Origin: Elainellaceae cyanobacterium
GTDB lineage: Bacteria; Cyanobacteriota; Cyanobacteriia; CAZCXK01
Assembly (NCBI GenBank): GCA_051117555.1
Contig: JBNPEG010000064.1
Coordinates: 1 to 15,459, forward strand
Reading direction: 5' to 3'
Length of the DNA: 15,459 bases
This document shows positions 1 to 8,501 of the stretch, in pieces. The notes beneath the pieces are model-generated. The model had not been told where the DNA came from. It worked only from the letters and a program-made list of their open reading frames with translations, and ran no database searches. Position 1 is the stretch's first letter; each line of letters opens with the position of its first letter. Made by a program: the position numbers and the translations under genes.

Positions 1-17
1 TTTGATGTATCTGCCAT
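1..17 (-). CDS. Possible 5' end of a gene running off the left edge (MADTS...)
   Basis: Minus-strand ATG at 17 (ATGGCAGATACATCAAA), just downstream of a HIP1 site and an AT-rich divergent intergenic region. Only 5 codons are visible. Confidence 0.3.
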
Positions 18-142
18 GAGGGCGATCGCGCCTATTACACATTAATCCGGGGTCAATGACTCGACAGGCATTCGATTTATATCCTGAGGACGATTTCCGT
101 TTAGATAACATTTAATATAATCATGAAAATCTTTGCAAAACC

Positions 143-165
143 AAATGCAGTAATGTGCTGCATTT
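143..165. promoter_or_regulatory. Perfect inverted repeat AAATGCAG-N7-CTGCATTT, candidate operator
   Basis: 8-bp perfect arms with a 7-bp spacer in AT-rich intergenic DNA about 100 bp upstream of the ORF at 267. Confidence 0.35.
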
Positions 166-266
166 ATGCTCGTTTTTTAACTTGATCTAAGCTAAAAGAA
201 ACTGCTGTCCACTCAACTAACGTTTAGGTGGATTAATGTTTCTTAAAGTTTATCGAGGCGTCATGA

Positions 267-488
267 ATGGCTGATGTTCCACTCACAAACGTGAGTCAAT
301 TTGCTTATGCACTGTCGGGTTTAACGCGAACACGGGATGTTCATAATATGGAAAAGCTTCTATTGAAAGTTTCAACGTTTCCTCAAAAGCGGCGGCAGCA
401 AATCTTATTTAGAACCCTAGAACAGCTTGATTCGACCGAGCAGGTTTTTCTGCAAGATCAAATCACTCGTTTTGCAAATCAGGGTTGA
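267..488 (+). CDS. Small hypothetical protein (73 aa)
   Basis: ATG preceded by GAGG, lies in otherwise empty intergenic space, helical protein-like composition. No recognisable motif. Confidence 0.6.
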   Translation: MADVPLTNVSQFAYALSGLTRTRDVHNMEKLLLKVSTFPQKRRQQILFRTLEQLDSTEQVFLQDQITRFANQG

Positions 489-760
489 GCCAAGTTGTCT
501 GATATTCTAATCTTACTGAGGTGGTGAGCGTCATTGTTGAGTCAGTGATAGTCTAAGATGCCAGGAAGATATTAGGCTCCGAACATTATCGAGTTAAGAG
601 AGGGCAGGTTGCCTCACTGGATGAAAACGCCGTAAGCTAACGATGTGACTGTCAATAATTGGAATACTTGTAAACTTCTGTTAATGGTTACTGAGGGTTA
701 GGTTGGGGTTCAAAGAATTAATTTCATTAGCGTGTTGTTCTTGGTCGAGCATTCCAAGTC

Positions 761-2086
761 ATGAAATTTAGTATTCAAAATTTGCCGGTATTTGAGCGCT
801 TTAAAAGTTTTAATCTCTCCCGTCTTCGATACATTTTGATTGCATTGGGTTCGCTTCTGGGGGTTTTGCTATTCGGATGGATAGCCCTCTCTCAGCAGCC
901 TGTTACCGTTTCGTTTTTGGTGCGAGCGCTAGAAGCCCAACAAATGGAATTTCTGATTGAGGAGTTCGAAGAGCAGAATCCAGATATCCGCATTGAGGTT
1001 GTTGAAGGTCCAAACGCTACCGATACAGTGGAAGACCTTTATACGTCCTCCTTTTTGTTGGGCGATTCTCCCTATGACATTGTGTATGCAGACGTCGTTT
1101 GGATTCCAAAATTTGCGGCAGCAAATTGGCTCCTCGATCTTTCTGATCGCGTCTCAGAAGACGACCTCAACGATTTTCTGGATGCAGACGTTAATGCAGG
1201 CATGGTTCAGGGCGGGTTTTATCGGATGCCGTTTCGCTCTGATGTGGGGATGCTTTACTATCGCACCGACTTGCTAGACGAAGTAGGTGCCGAACCCCCT
1301 GAAACGTTTCAGGACTTGATGAATGCGTCGCAACTGATGCAAGAGCAAGACCTCACGGAGTGGGGCTATGTTTGGCAAGGGCTTCAATATGAGGGGCTCT
1401 CGGCGATGTTTGTAGAGATTTTAGAGGGTCACGGTGGCTTTTGGATTGATACTGAAACGAGTGAGGTTGGGCTAGATCAGCCCCCTGCTATTGAAGCAGT
1501 CGAATTTTTGCGAAGCGTCATTGAAGAAGGCATTACGCCGCCCGGTGTCACAAACTATCTAGAAGAGGATACGTTGCGAGTGTTCCAAAATGGAAATGCT
1601 GCATTTTTGAGGAATTGGCCCTATGTGTGGGCAGAAGTCAACCGAGAGGATTCTCCACTCCAAGGCAAAGTTGCGCTGAAGCCAATGGTGCATGAACCGC
1701 AGAATTCGAGCGGCGCATGCTTGGGTGGATGGGGATTTGGAATCTCTGCGACAAGTTCTCATCCCGAAGAAGCATGGCGAGTGGTCGAGTTCTTTACGAG
1801 TGAGGAGTCGCAGCGCAAGTTTGTCCTGGAACATGCCTATGTACCGAGTCGGCGATCGCTCTTTACCGATCCTCAAGTGGTCGAGAAATATGACCACTAC
1901 CAAGAGCTGCTAGACGTGGCTGAGCAGGCAGTTCTTCGTCCTCCGATTGGTCAATATTCTCAGGTATCTGATATTCTCCAGCGCTATTTGAGTTCTGCTA
2001 TTTCGGGGCAGATGAGCCCTGAGAATGCAATGCAGCGAGCGGCTGGGGAGACCCGTCGAGTCCTAGGACGAAATTCGGATGCCTAG
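761..2086 (+). CDS. Sugar ABC transporter substrate-binding protein (CUT1, trehalose/maltose/sucrose-binding TMBP-like)
   Basis: N-terminal hydrophobic anchor; motifs LYYRTDLL, QYEGL, FQNGNAAFLRNWPY, LGGWGFGI and RPPIGQY typical of the TMBP subfamily; first gene of the ABC operon. Confidence 0.92.
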   Translation: MKFSIQNLPVFERFKSFNLSRLRYILIALGSLLGVLLFGWIALSQQPVTVSFLVRALEAQQMEFLIEEFEEQNPDIRIEVVEGPNATDTVEDLYTSSFLLGDSPYDIVYADVVWIPKFAAANWLLDLSDRVSEDDLNDFLDADVNAGMVQGGFYRMPFRSDVGMLYYRTDLLDEVGAEPPETFQDLMNASQLMQEQDLTEWGYVWQGLQYEGLSAMFVEILEGHGGFWIDTETSEVGLDQPPAIEAVEFLRSVIEEGITPPGVTNYLEEDTLRVFQNGNAAFLRNWPYVWAEVNREDSPLQGKVALKPMVHEPQNSSGACLGGWGFGISATSSHPEEAWRVVEFFTSEESQRKFVLEHAYVPSRRSLFTDPQVVEKYDHYQELLDVAEQAVLRPPIGQYSQVSDILQRYLSSAISGQMSPENAMQRAAGETRRVLGRNSDA

Positions 2087-2155
2087 CGCTCGTGATTGAT
2101 TCTAGCCAGGTCTTTGTACTGTAGTTGACGTGATTGAAGGAAACAAGCGATCGCC

Positions 2156-3061
2156 ATGGCAGAAACCATTCAAACCAGAGAAAAGCGAGTCGGATGGCTG
2201 CTTACTATCCCTGCCGTCTTTGTTCTATTACTGGTCTACGCTTATCCCATTGCGCGCGCCTTTATCCTCAGCCTCTTCACTGAAAATCTCAGCACTAACT
2301 TAGACCCCGTCTTTACTGGGTTTAGTAACTACGTCCGCATGTTCTTAGACGGACGGTTTTGGGGCAGCATTTGGAATACCACCATCTACACGGTTGTATC
2401 CCTTGCTCTCGAACTCGTGCTGGGCATGTGCATCGCCTTAACACTTGACCAAGCATTTCGAGGGCGGGGCGTTATCCGCACGATTGCGATTTTGCCGTGG
2501 GCTTTGCCGACTGCGCTGATTGCCCTTGCTTGGCGATGGATCTTTAACGCCGAGTTTGGCGTGTGGAATGACATTCTCATCAACTGGTTTCATATCTTAG
2601 ATGAGCCCATCAACTGGTTGGGTGACCCAGTTTGGGCAATGATGTGCGTTATTGCGGCTGATGTTTGGAAAACAACTTCGTTTGTCGCAATCTTGCTGTT
2701 AGCCGGGTTGCAGTCAATTTCGCAAGATTTATATGAAGCGCATCGTATCGATGGTGCAACGCCGTGGCAGAGTTTCACTAAAATCACAGTGCCTCTGCTG
2801 ATGCCGCAAATTTTGATTGCAATGCTGTTTCGCTTTGCCCAAGCCTTCGGAATCTTTGACTTGATTGCCGTAATGACAGGGGGCGGCCCTGGTGGCGCCA
2901 CTGAAATGGTGTCTCTCTATATTTACGATACGGTGATGCGCTATCTCGACTTTGGGTATGGCGCGGCATTGGTTGTTATTACTTTCTTAATTTTGATTGC
3001 AGTAGTGGCGATCGCCCTATCATTTCTATCGAAAGCCCGCACAGCAACAGGGGTTGAATAA
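2156..3061 (+). CDS. Sugar ABC transporter permease (MalF/UgpA-like)
   Basis: Several TM segments, GFSNY motif, EAA loop LLAGLQSISQDLYEAHRIDGA and MTGGGPGGATE. Confidence 0.95.
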   Translation: MAETIQTREKRVGWLLTIPAVFVLLLVYAYPIARAFILSLFTENLSTNLDPVFTGFSNYVRMFLDGRFWGSIWNTTIYTVVSLALELVLGMCIALTLDQAFRGRGVIRTIAILPWALPTALIALAWRWIFNAEFGVWNDILINWFHILDEPINWLGDPVWAMMCVIAADVWKTTSFVAILLLAGLQSISQDLYEAHRIDGATPWQSFTKITVPLLMPQILIAMLFRFAQAFGIFDLIAVMTGGGPGGATEMVSLYIYDTVMRYLDFGYGAALVVITFLILIAVVAIALSFLSKARTATGVE

Positions 3062-3063
3062 TC

Positions 3064-3954
3064 ATGACGACAACACCACCAGATACCACCGCGAGTCAGA
3101 AGCCCGAAGGGTCGATCGGCGTCAGCCTAAGCAAAATTTTGCTGTGGGTTGCTGTTGTTCTGATTATCTTATTTAGTTTGGGGCCCGTCCTTTGGGAGTT
3201 ATTGACCTCAATCAAAACCAATCAGGCCATTACGGCAGATCCGCTGGTCTACGTGCCAACGCCGTCTCAATATACCGCAGAGCACTACGTCCAGCTTTTT
3301 GTCCAAAACCAGTTCTACATTTATATTTTCAACAGTGCATTGGTGTCGGTCGTTTCGACGATACTATGTTTGGGCATTGGCTCGCCTGCGGCCTATGCCT
3401 TAGCGCGACTCCGGATTCCGGGAGAAAATATCGTACTCAGCGCCGTGTTGATTGTGACGCTATTTCCCTACATCCTTCTGTTTTTGGGGTTGCTCGAACT
3501 TGTGCAACTAACTGGGCTTGCTAACAATTACTTGGCGTTGATTATTCCCTATACCGCGATTAATCTGCCTCTGACGATTTTAGTGATGCGGAGCTTTTTT
3601 CAGCAGTTGCCCCGTGATCTCGAAGATTCTGCCAAAGTAGATGGCTACAACATTGTGCAAATGTTGACTCAGATTATTCTGCCGATGACGCTGCCTGCTC
3701 TCGTTACAACCGGAATCTTGGCGTTTATCTTTGCTTGGAATGAATATATCTTCGCACTCACGTTTATCAGTCAAGAAAATATGTTGACGATTCCAGTGGC
3801 TGCGGCGCAACTGGCCGGAACGAGCATCTTTGAGATTCCGTATGGGCCGCTGGCGGCTGCTACCATCGTCGGAACGTTGCCGCTGATTTTGCTGGTGCTA
3901 TTTTTCCAGCGCAAAATTGTGCAAGGTTTGACGGCGGGATCTGTTAAGGGCTAG
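3064..3954 (+). CDS. Sugar ABC transporter permease (MalG/UgpE-like)
   Basis: TM segments, FFQQLPRDLEDSAKVDG EAA loop, FAWNEY, C-terminal GLTAGSVKG; starts 2 bp after the upstream stop. Confidence 0.95.
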   Translation: MTTTPPDTTASQKPEGSIGVSLSKILLWVAVVLIILFSLGPVLWELLTSIKTNQAITADPLVYVPTPSQYTAEHYVQLFVQNQFYIYIFNSALVSVVSTILCLGIGSPAAYALARLRIPGENIVLSAVLIVTLFPYILLFLGLLELVQLTGLANNYLALIIPYTAINLPLTILVMRSFFQQLPRDLEDSAKVDGYNIVQMLTQIILPMTLPALVTTGILAFIFAWNEYIFALTFISQENMLTIPVAAAQLAGTSIFEIPYGPLAAATIVGTLPLILLVLFFQRKIVQGLTAGSVKG

Positions 3955-4040
3955 TCCTGGGTCGATCTGCGTCGTGCGCGTAAAATTCTCCATGACCCGT
4001 TAATACTTCTGATCTCTTATTTACACCAGACATAGACATT

Positions 4041-5147
4041 ATGGCTAAACTTGAGCTCAAAAATCTGAATAAAACCTATGGTCCTAAGGTTGTCCCGGTC
4101 AAAGACCTGAGCCTCACGGTAGAAGATAACGAGTTCCTGACGCTGGTTGGGCCGTCAGGCTGCGGGAAGTCTACAACGTTGCGGATGATTGCGGGGCTTG
4201 ATCAACCCACTCGCGGGCAGGTGTTTATCAACGGTGATGATGTTACCCAGGTCAGTCCGGGCGATCGCAACATTGCGATGGTGTTTCAAAGCTATGCCCT
4301 CTATCCCCATATGACGGTTTATGAAAATATGGCATCGGGGCTAAAGCTGCGCGATGTGGCTGAGTCAGAAATCCGCGATCGCATTCAAGAAACCACGCGC
4401 GTGTTAGGGCTCGAAGGACTGATGGATCGTCGCCCATCTAAGCTATCGGGCGGTCAACGGCAGCGTGTTGCTCTAGGGCGAGCACTCGTGCGTCAGCCGT
4501 ATGTGTTCTTGCTGGATGAGCCTCTCAGCAACCTCGATGCGTTGCTAAGAGAGCAGGTGCGATCTGACCTCAAGCAAATTTTTGAACAACAGAAGGCTCC
4601 AGTGGTGTATGTGACTCACGACCAAACTGAGGCCATGACCCTGTCTACAAAGGTTGCTGTTCTCTATGAGGGGATTGTGCAGCAGTTGGATACTCCCGAT
4701 CAGATCTATAACCGACCGGCTAATCGATTTGTTGCTGGCTTTATCGGTAGCCCTCAAATGAATCTCTTAGAACTCAAATGTCAGGATTCTCACGCGTTGC
4801 TTGGCGAGTTTAAGGTTCCGTTGCCAGACAGCTTTGTGCCGCCGCCCGAAGTAGTCATGGGGATTCGCCCCGATCATGTTCGGCTGGCAACTCCTCAAGA
4901 TGTTCACACCATTAAAGGGCATGTATTCCTAGTTGAAAACCTGGGGATGAGCTACCTGCTCAGCATTCGCGTTAAGGGCACTGAGAATATGACGATTCGC
5001 TCGTTGCTGCCTGCCGATCAAACCTGGGAGGATGAGGTGAATCTAGCGCTCCCTCCGGAGCGACTTCACTGGTTTAATTTGCAAACTGGAGAACGCCTCA
5101 AAGACAAGCACGGCGCATCGGCAGAGATGTCTCATGCTGCTCACTAG
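4041..5147 (+). CDS. Sugar ABC transporter ATP-binding protein (MalK/UgpC-like)
   Basis: Walker A GPSGCGKS, VFQSYALYPHM, signature LSGGQRQR, Walker B LLDEPLSNLD, VTHDQ, FIGSPQMN and a C-terminal TOBE-like region. Confidence 0.96.
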   Translation: MAKLELKNLNKTYGPKVVPVKDLSLTVEDNEFLTLVGPSGCGKSTTLRMIAGLDQPTRGQVFINGDDVTQVSPGDRNIAMVFQSYALYPHMTVYENMASGLKLRDVAESEIRDRIQETTRVLGLEGLMDRRPSKLSGGQRQRVALGRALVRQPYVFLLDEPLSNLDALLREQVRSDLKQIFEQQKAPVVYVTHDQTEAMTLSTKVAVLYEGIVQQLDTPDQIYNRPANRFVAGFIGSPQMNLLELKCQDSHALLGEFKVPLPDSFVPPPEVVMGIRPDHVRLATPQDVHTIKGHVFLVENLGMSYLLSIRVKGTENMTIRSLLPADQTWEDEVNLALPPERLHWFNLQTGERLKDKHGASAEMSHAAH

Positions 5148-5250
5148 GAACGCCCTAGATGCTGCATGCCTGCAAGCCATTTTATGCAAGCCTGGCAATT
5201 TTACATGTCCAGGTGATCGGCGTGGCCTTAAATTTATACGAGCCATTTGC

Positions 5251-5453
5251 AGCATCTCGCTCACGGCCCGAGCAAGGCGCTCAGGACGCTAGAAAGATGT
5301 TCAGGATTAGTACAAGATGGCGGAAGTTTCATACCCGTAGTGTGAGCGTCTCGCTCACGTCGCGGTCAAGATGCCCGCACTTAAATGGTTGGCTTATTGT
5401 TGCCAACCAGTACTAGCAAGATGTTCAGGATGCTGGCAAGATGCTAGCACTAG
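5251..5453. repeat. Cluster of GTAG-type REP-like palindromes and 20-bp-period repeats
   Basis: GTAGT-GTGAGC-GTCTC-GCTCAC (5337-5358) followed by an inverted relative GCGGTCAAGATGCCCGCACT (5362-5381); related GCTGGCAAGATGCTAGCACTAG (5432-5453); degenerate AGCATCTCGCTCACG (5251-5265); CTAG(A/C)AAGATGTTCAGGAT at 5289 and 5413. Confidence 0.7.
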
Positions 5454-5488
5454 GGTTGCCCGACGCTTATACGACTAAATGATTCGTG

Positions 5489-5512
5489 GGTAGCTAATTC
5501 GTATGAGCTACC
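5489..5512 (-). terminator. Hairpin immediately after the response regulator stop
   Basis: GGTAGCT-N10-AGCTACC inverted repeat abutting the stop codon. No clear U-tract, so it may be a 3' stabilising hairpin instead. Confidence 0.35.
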
Positions 5513-6240
5513 TATAAGCTGACTAAACCAGAGCGGAGTGCTCTGACAGCGGCTTGGGTGCGGTCAGAGGCACACAATTTGCTGAGAATATTACGCACGT
5601 GGGTTTTGACGGTGCCTACAGTGATGTAGAGTTCTTCAGCGATCGCCGCGTTGCTGTATCCATCGACGATGAGTTCTAATACTTCAAGCTCTCGGTCCGT
5701 CAAGGGATCTGACTCTAGGATCTGCTCATAATCTGACGTATCTGAGCCCGCCTCCTCTGATGAGGTGCGAACCGCCGCCTGGTTTTTCTGAGCCTGTTGC
5801 AATACAATCCGGGCGATCGCAGGGTCGATCCACGCATTTCCTTCGTAGGTTGATCGAATGGCCTCAGTGAGCTTTTCTACACTCGCATCCTTTACGCTGT
5901 ATGAATCAGCACCTGCTGCAAATGCCGCCAAGACAGCATCCTGATTGTCCTGCATCGTCAGGATGAGAACCCGTACAGACTTCGCCGAATCGTCTTCTGA
6001 GGGTGCGATAGAATGCTTAATTTGATTTGTGACTTCAATGCCATCGATTCCCGGCAAACCGATATCTACGATGGCGATGTCGGGATGAACAGATTTGACT
6101 ACTTCGATTCCCTGCTGACCATCAGGTGCTTCACCAACCACCTGAATGCCGTCATGCTGTTGGAGAGCAGTCCTTAAACCGATTCGAGTCAAATCGTGAT
6201 CTTCAATTAAAACAACCCGGATTTCATTCATGTGTGGCAC
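5512..6240 (-). CDS. NarL/FixJ-family two-component response regulator (REC + LuxR HTH)
   Basis: IEDHDL acidic pocket, phosphoacceptor in IVDIGLPGIDG, ILT and K motifs; C-terminal LTDRELEVLELIVDGYSNAAIAEELYITVGTVKTHVRNILSKL. The true start may be the second Met (6231). Confidence 0.96.
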   Translation of the reverse strand: MPHMNEIRVVLIEDHDLTRIGLRTALQQHDGIQVVGEAPDGQQGIEVVKSVHPDIAIVDIGLPGIDGIEVTNQIKHSIAPSEDDSAKSVRVLILTMQDNQDAVLAAFAAGADSYSVKDASVEKLTEAIRSTYEGNAWIDPAIARIVLQQAQKNQAAVRTSSEEAGSDTSDYEQILESDPLTDRELEVLELIVDGYSNAAIAEELYITVGTVKTHVRNILSKLCASDRTQAAVRALRSGLVSL

Positions 6241-6477
6241 TGAATCTTTACAGTTTCTTTATACCGAATGTCTACGACTTCTTGATTGAATTATGGAAGA
6301 TTTTATACCAAATTCTGTCTATCGATAGTCGTAATAATTAGCTCATCTTTGTAGCTTTAAAGGGCATTCCTAATATGTTCGTATTGCATCACATCATCTG
6401 GCTAACTCAAGGATTGAGTCGATAGTATTGAGGTCAATCGAGTCATCACAGTTGATTAATCCGCGCGTTTAAGAGTA

Positions 6478-8280
6478 ATGAGTCAACCTTATCCTGCTGA
6501 AGAGAACAGACCCCCATCCTCCAATTTTTTATACACACCTAATTGCGAGTCTGATTTAGACAACGATGGGCACTACCACCGATGCTTTCTGGAGTTGATC
6601 CCTCACATCGCGTGGACTGCGAGCAATGATGGAGCACTCACTTATATTAACCAAGAATGGGTCAAACAAACTGGATTACCGGTTTCTGAGTCTCTCGGAT
6701 TTGGCTTTATTAAGGCCATTCATCCTAGCGATCAGGATGTTTTTTTGGGTAGCTGGAATCACGCACTCAACCGCCAGCAAAGTTATGAAACCGAGCTGCG
6801 TCTCCAGCAATCAAATGGACACTACAGTTGGTTTGCAATCCGAGTAAATCCGGTTTTAGATGCTCAAGGACAGGTCCGCGAATGGATCGGCACGTTGACT
6901 AGTATTGAGTGTCGTAAACAAACCGAAATGCAGCTCAAATCTGAACAAGAATTTTTGAGAGCGGTTTTAGTTAATTTGTCAGACGGTATTGTGGCCTGTG
7001 ACTCAGACGGCGTCATTAGGATGTTTAACCCAACGGCTAGAGAATTTCACGGTATTCCAGAAGAGCCGACACCGCCCGAAGAATGGGCAGAGCGGTATGG
7101 CCTTTATCTACCCGACGGTAAAACGATCATGCCAACCGATCAGATTCCTCTGTTTCGAGCACTCAAGGGGGAGCATGTCCATGATACGGAAATGGTGATT
7201 CAGTCTCACGATGGCGATCTGCGAACCGTTTTAGTGGATGGGGATGTGATTATTGGCCCCGATGGTGAATGTCTAGGTGCCGTCGCTGCAATGCATGATA
7301 TTACTCGACGGAAGCAAGTTGAGGCCGAAATCCAGGCACTCAACGTAGACCTTGAAGCTAGAGTCCATGAGCGAACGCTTGCATTAGAAATGTCACACCA
7401 GACCCTAGAACGCGAAATTGCTGCCCGGAAACGCGCGGAAGAACGACTGGAACTTCAAAATAAGTTGCTAATTCGGCAGAATCATAAGCTTGAGCAACAA
7501 CGACGGCGTATTCAGCGACAAAATCTGCAATTAATCGAAGCATCGCGCTTGAAGTCTCAGTTTTTAGCAACGATTTCTCACGAACTGCGGACTCCTATGC
7601 ACGCAATCATTGGGTTTTCTCAGCTTCTTTTACGTCAGCGTAAGAATCCACTGCCGCCTCAAATTTCTAATATGGTGGAACGCATTTTGAATAATGGGAA
7701 GCGATTGTTGATGCTGGTGGATGAGGTGCTAGATTTCTCCAAAATTGAGGCAGGTCATTTAGAACTGAAGCCCCAAAGCTGCAATCTTGCTGACGTTGTC
7801 ACCGCAACCCTTGATGAGCTTCGTTCGCTGGCTCATCAAAAACATTTAGAATTACGACTCAATATGGATTTAAAAAATGCCTGCGTGGTGAATGATCCGA
7901 TGCGAATTCGTCAAGTTTTGATAAATTTACTTTCAAATGCAATTAAATTTACAGACAAGGGTTATGTTCAAGTAAATGTGTTAGAAATTGGGGAAAATCG
8001 GTTGGCGATCGCCGTTAAAGATACCGGAATTGGTATTAACCCCTCAGAAATTAAATCGATTTTTGAACCGTTTCGACAAGTTGACCAAACTAACACTCGC
8101 AAGCATGAAGGAACCGGATTAGGATTAGCGATTACAGAATCTCTGGTGCAGATGATGCAGGGTGAAATCACGGTGTCAAGTCAGGTCAGGACCGGCACAG
8201 TTTTCCGAATAGAAATTCCTCGTAATGTTATTCAGAAAAATTCGGAGCGCTCATCAGATTCTACTTATCAAGGTGCTTAA
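6478..8280 (+). CDS. Cytoplasmic PAS-PAS sensor histidine kinase
   Basis: Two PAS/PAC domains (YINQEW...AIHPSD...WIGT; MFNPTA...HDITRRK), coiled-coil/S-helix linker (LEARVHERT), H-box SHELRTP, N-box NLLSNAIKFT, DTGIGI and GTGLGL. No TM segment. Confidence 0.96.
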   Translation: MSQPYPAEENRPPSSNFLYTPNCESDLDNDGHYHRCFLELIPHIAWTASNDGALTYINQEWVKQTGLPVSESLGFGFIKAIHPSDQDVFLGSWNHALNRQQSYETELRLQQSNGHYSWFAIRVNPVLDAQGQVREWIGTLTSIECRKQTEMQLKSEQEFLRAVLVNLSDGIVACDSDGVIRMFNPTAREFHGIPEEPTPPEEWAERYGLYLPDGKTIMPTDQIPLFRALKGEHVHDTEMVIQSHDGDLRTVLVDGDVIIGPDGECLGAVAAMHDITRRKQVEAEIQALNVDLEARVHERTLALEMSHQTLEREIAARKRAEERLELQNKLLIRQNHKLEQQRRRIQRQNLQLIEASRLKSQFLATISHELRTPMHAIIGFSQLLLRQRKNPLPPQISNMVERILNNGKRLLMLVDEVLDFSKIEAGHLELKPQSCNLADVVTATLDELRSLAHQKHLELRLNMDLKNACVVNDPMRIRQVLINLLSNAIKFTDKGYVQVNVLEIGENRLAIAVKDTGIGINPSEIKSIFEPFRQVDQTNTRKHEGTGLGLAITESLVQMMQGEITVSSQVRTGTVFRIEIPRNVIQKNSERSSDSTYQGA

Positions 8281-8334
8281 TATAAAGTCATTAATTAAAG
8301 TTAATATAGTGACTTAAATCGCGTGTGAATTGTG

Positions 8335-8375
8335 TGTGAGGGGTGGGGCGGGCGACGCCTGCTCCATCCCTCACA
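8335..8375 (+). repeat. GC-rich palindrome with 20-bp arms (REP-like/RNA hairpin) between the two kinases
   Basis: TGTGAGGGGTGGGGCGGGCG-A-CGCCTGCTCCATCCCTCACA: 17 Watson-Crick matches plus 3 G:T pairs between the arms. Confidence 0.75.
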
Positions 8376-8501
8376 ACCCATCTGGGATTGCCATAGTAAG
8401 TAATAAAAGTCCATCTTGGGAGGTAGGTTATTTGACGGCTGAGAGTGCAAGGATAATAGATAAACCAAATAAATGTGATATGAAGTTCGCGATAGGAAAG
8501 C

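Noticed and set aside
761..5147. Assigning specific symbols (ggt, gls, mal) to the sugar ABC genes, or orrA to the regulator
   Set aside because: Family membership is clear but orthology cannot be established without alignment.
5159..5416. 85-aa ORF in the intergenic spacer
   Set aside because: Runs through REP-like repeats, has no RBS and no protein-like features.
5272..5443. Possible CRISPR mini-array
   Set aside because: Units are degenerate, mostly adjacent, lack unique constant-length spacers, and there are no cas genes in the window.
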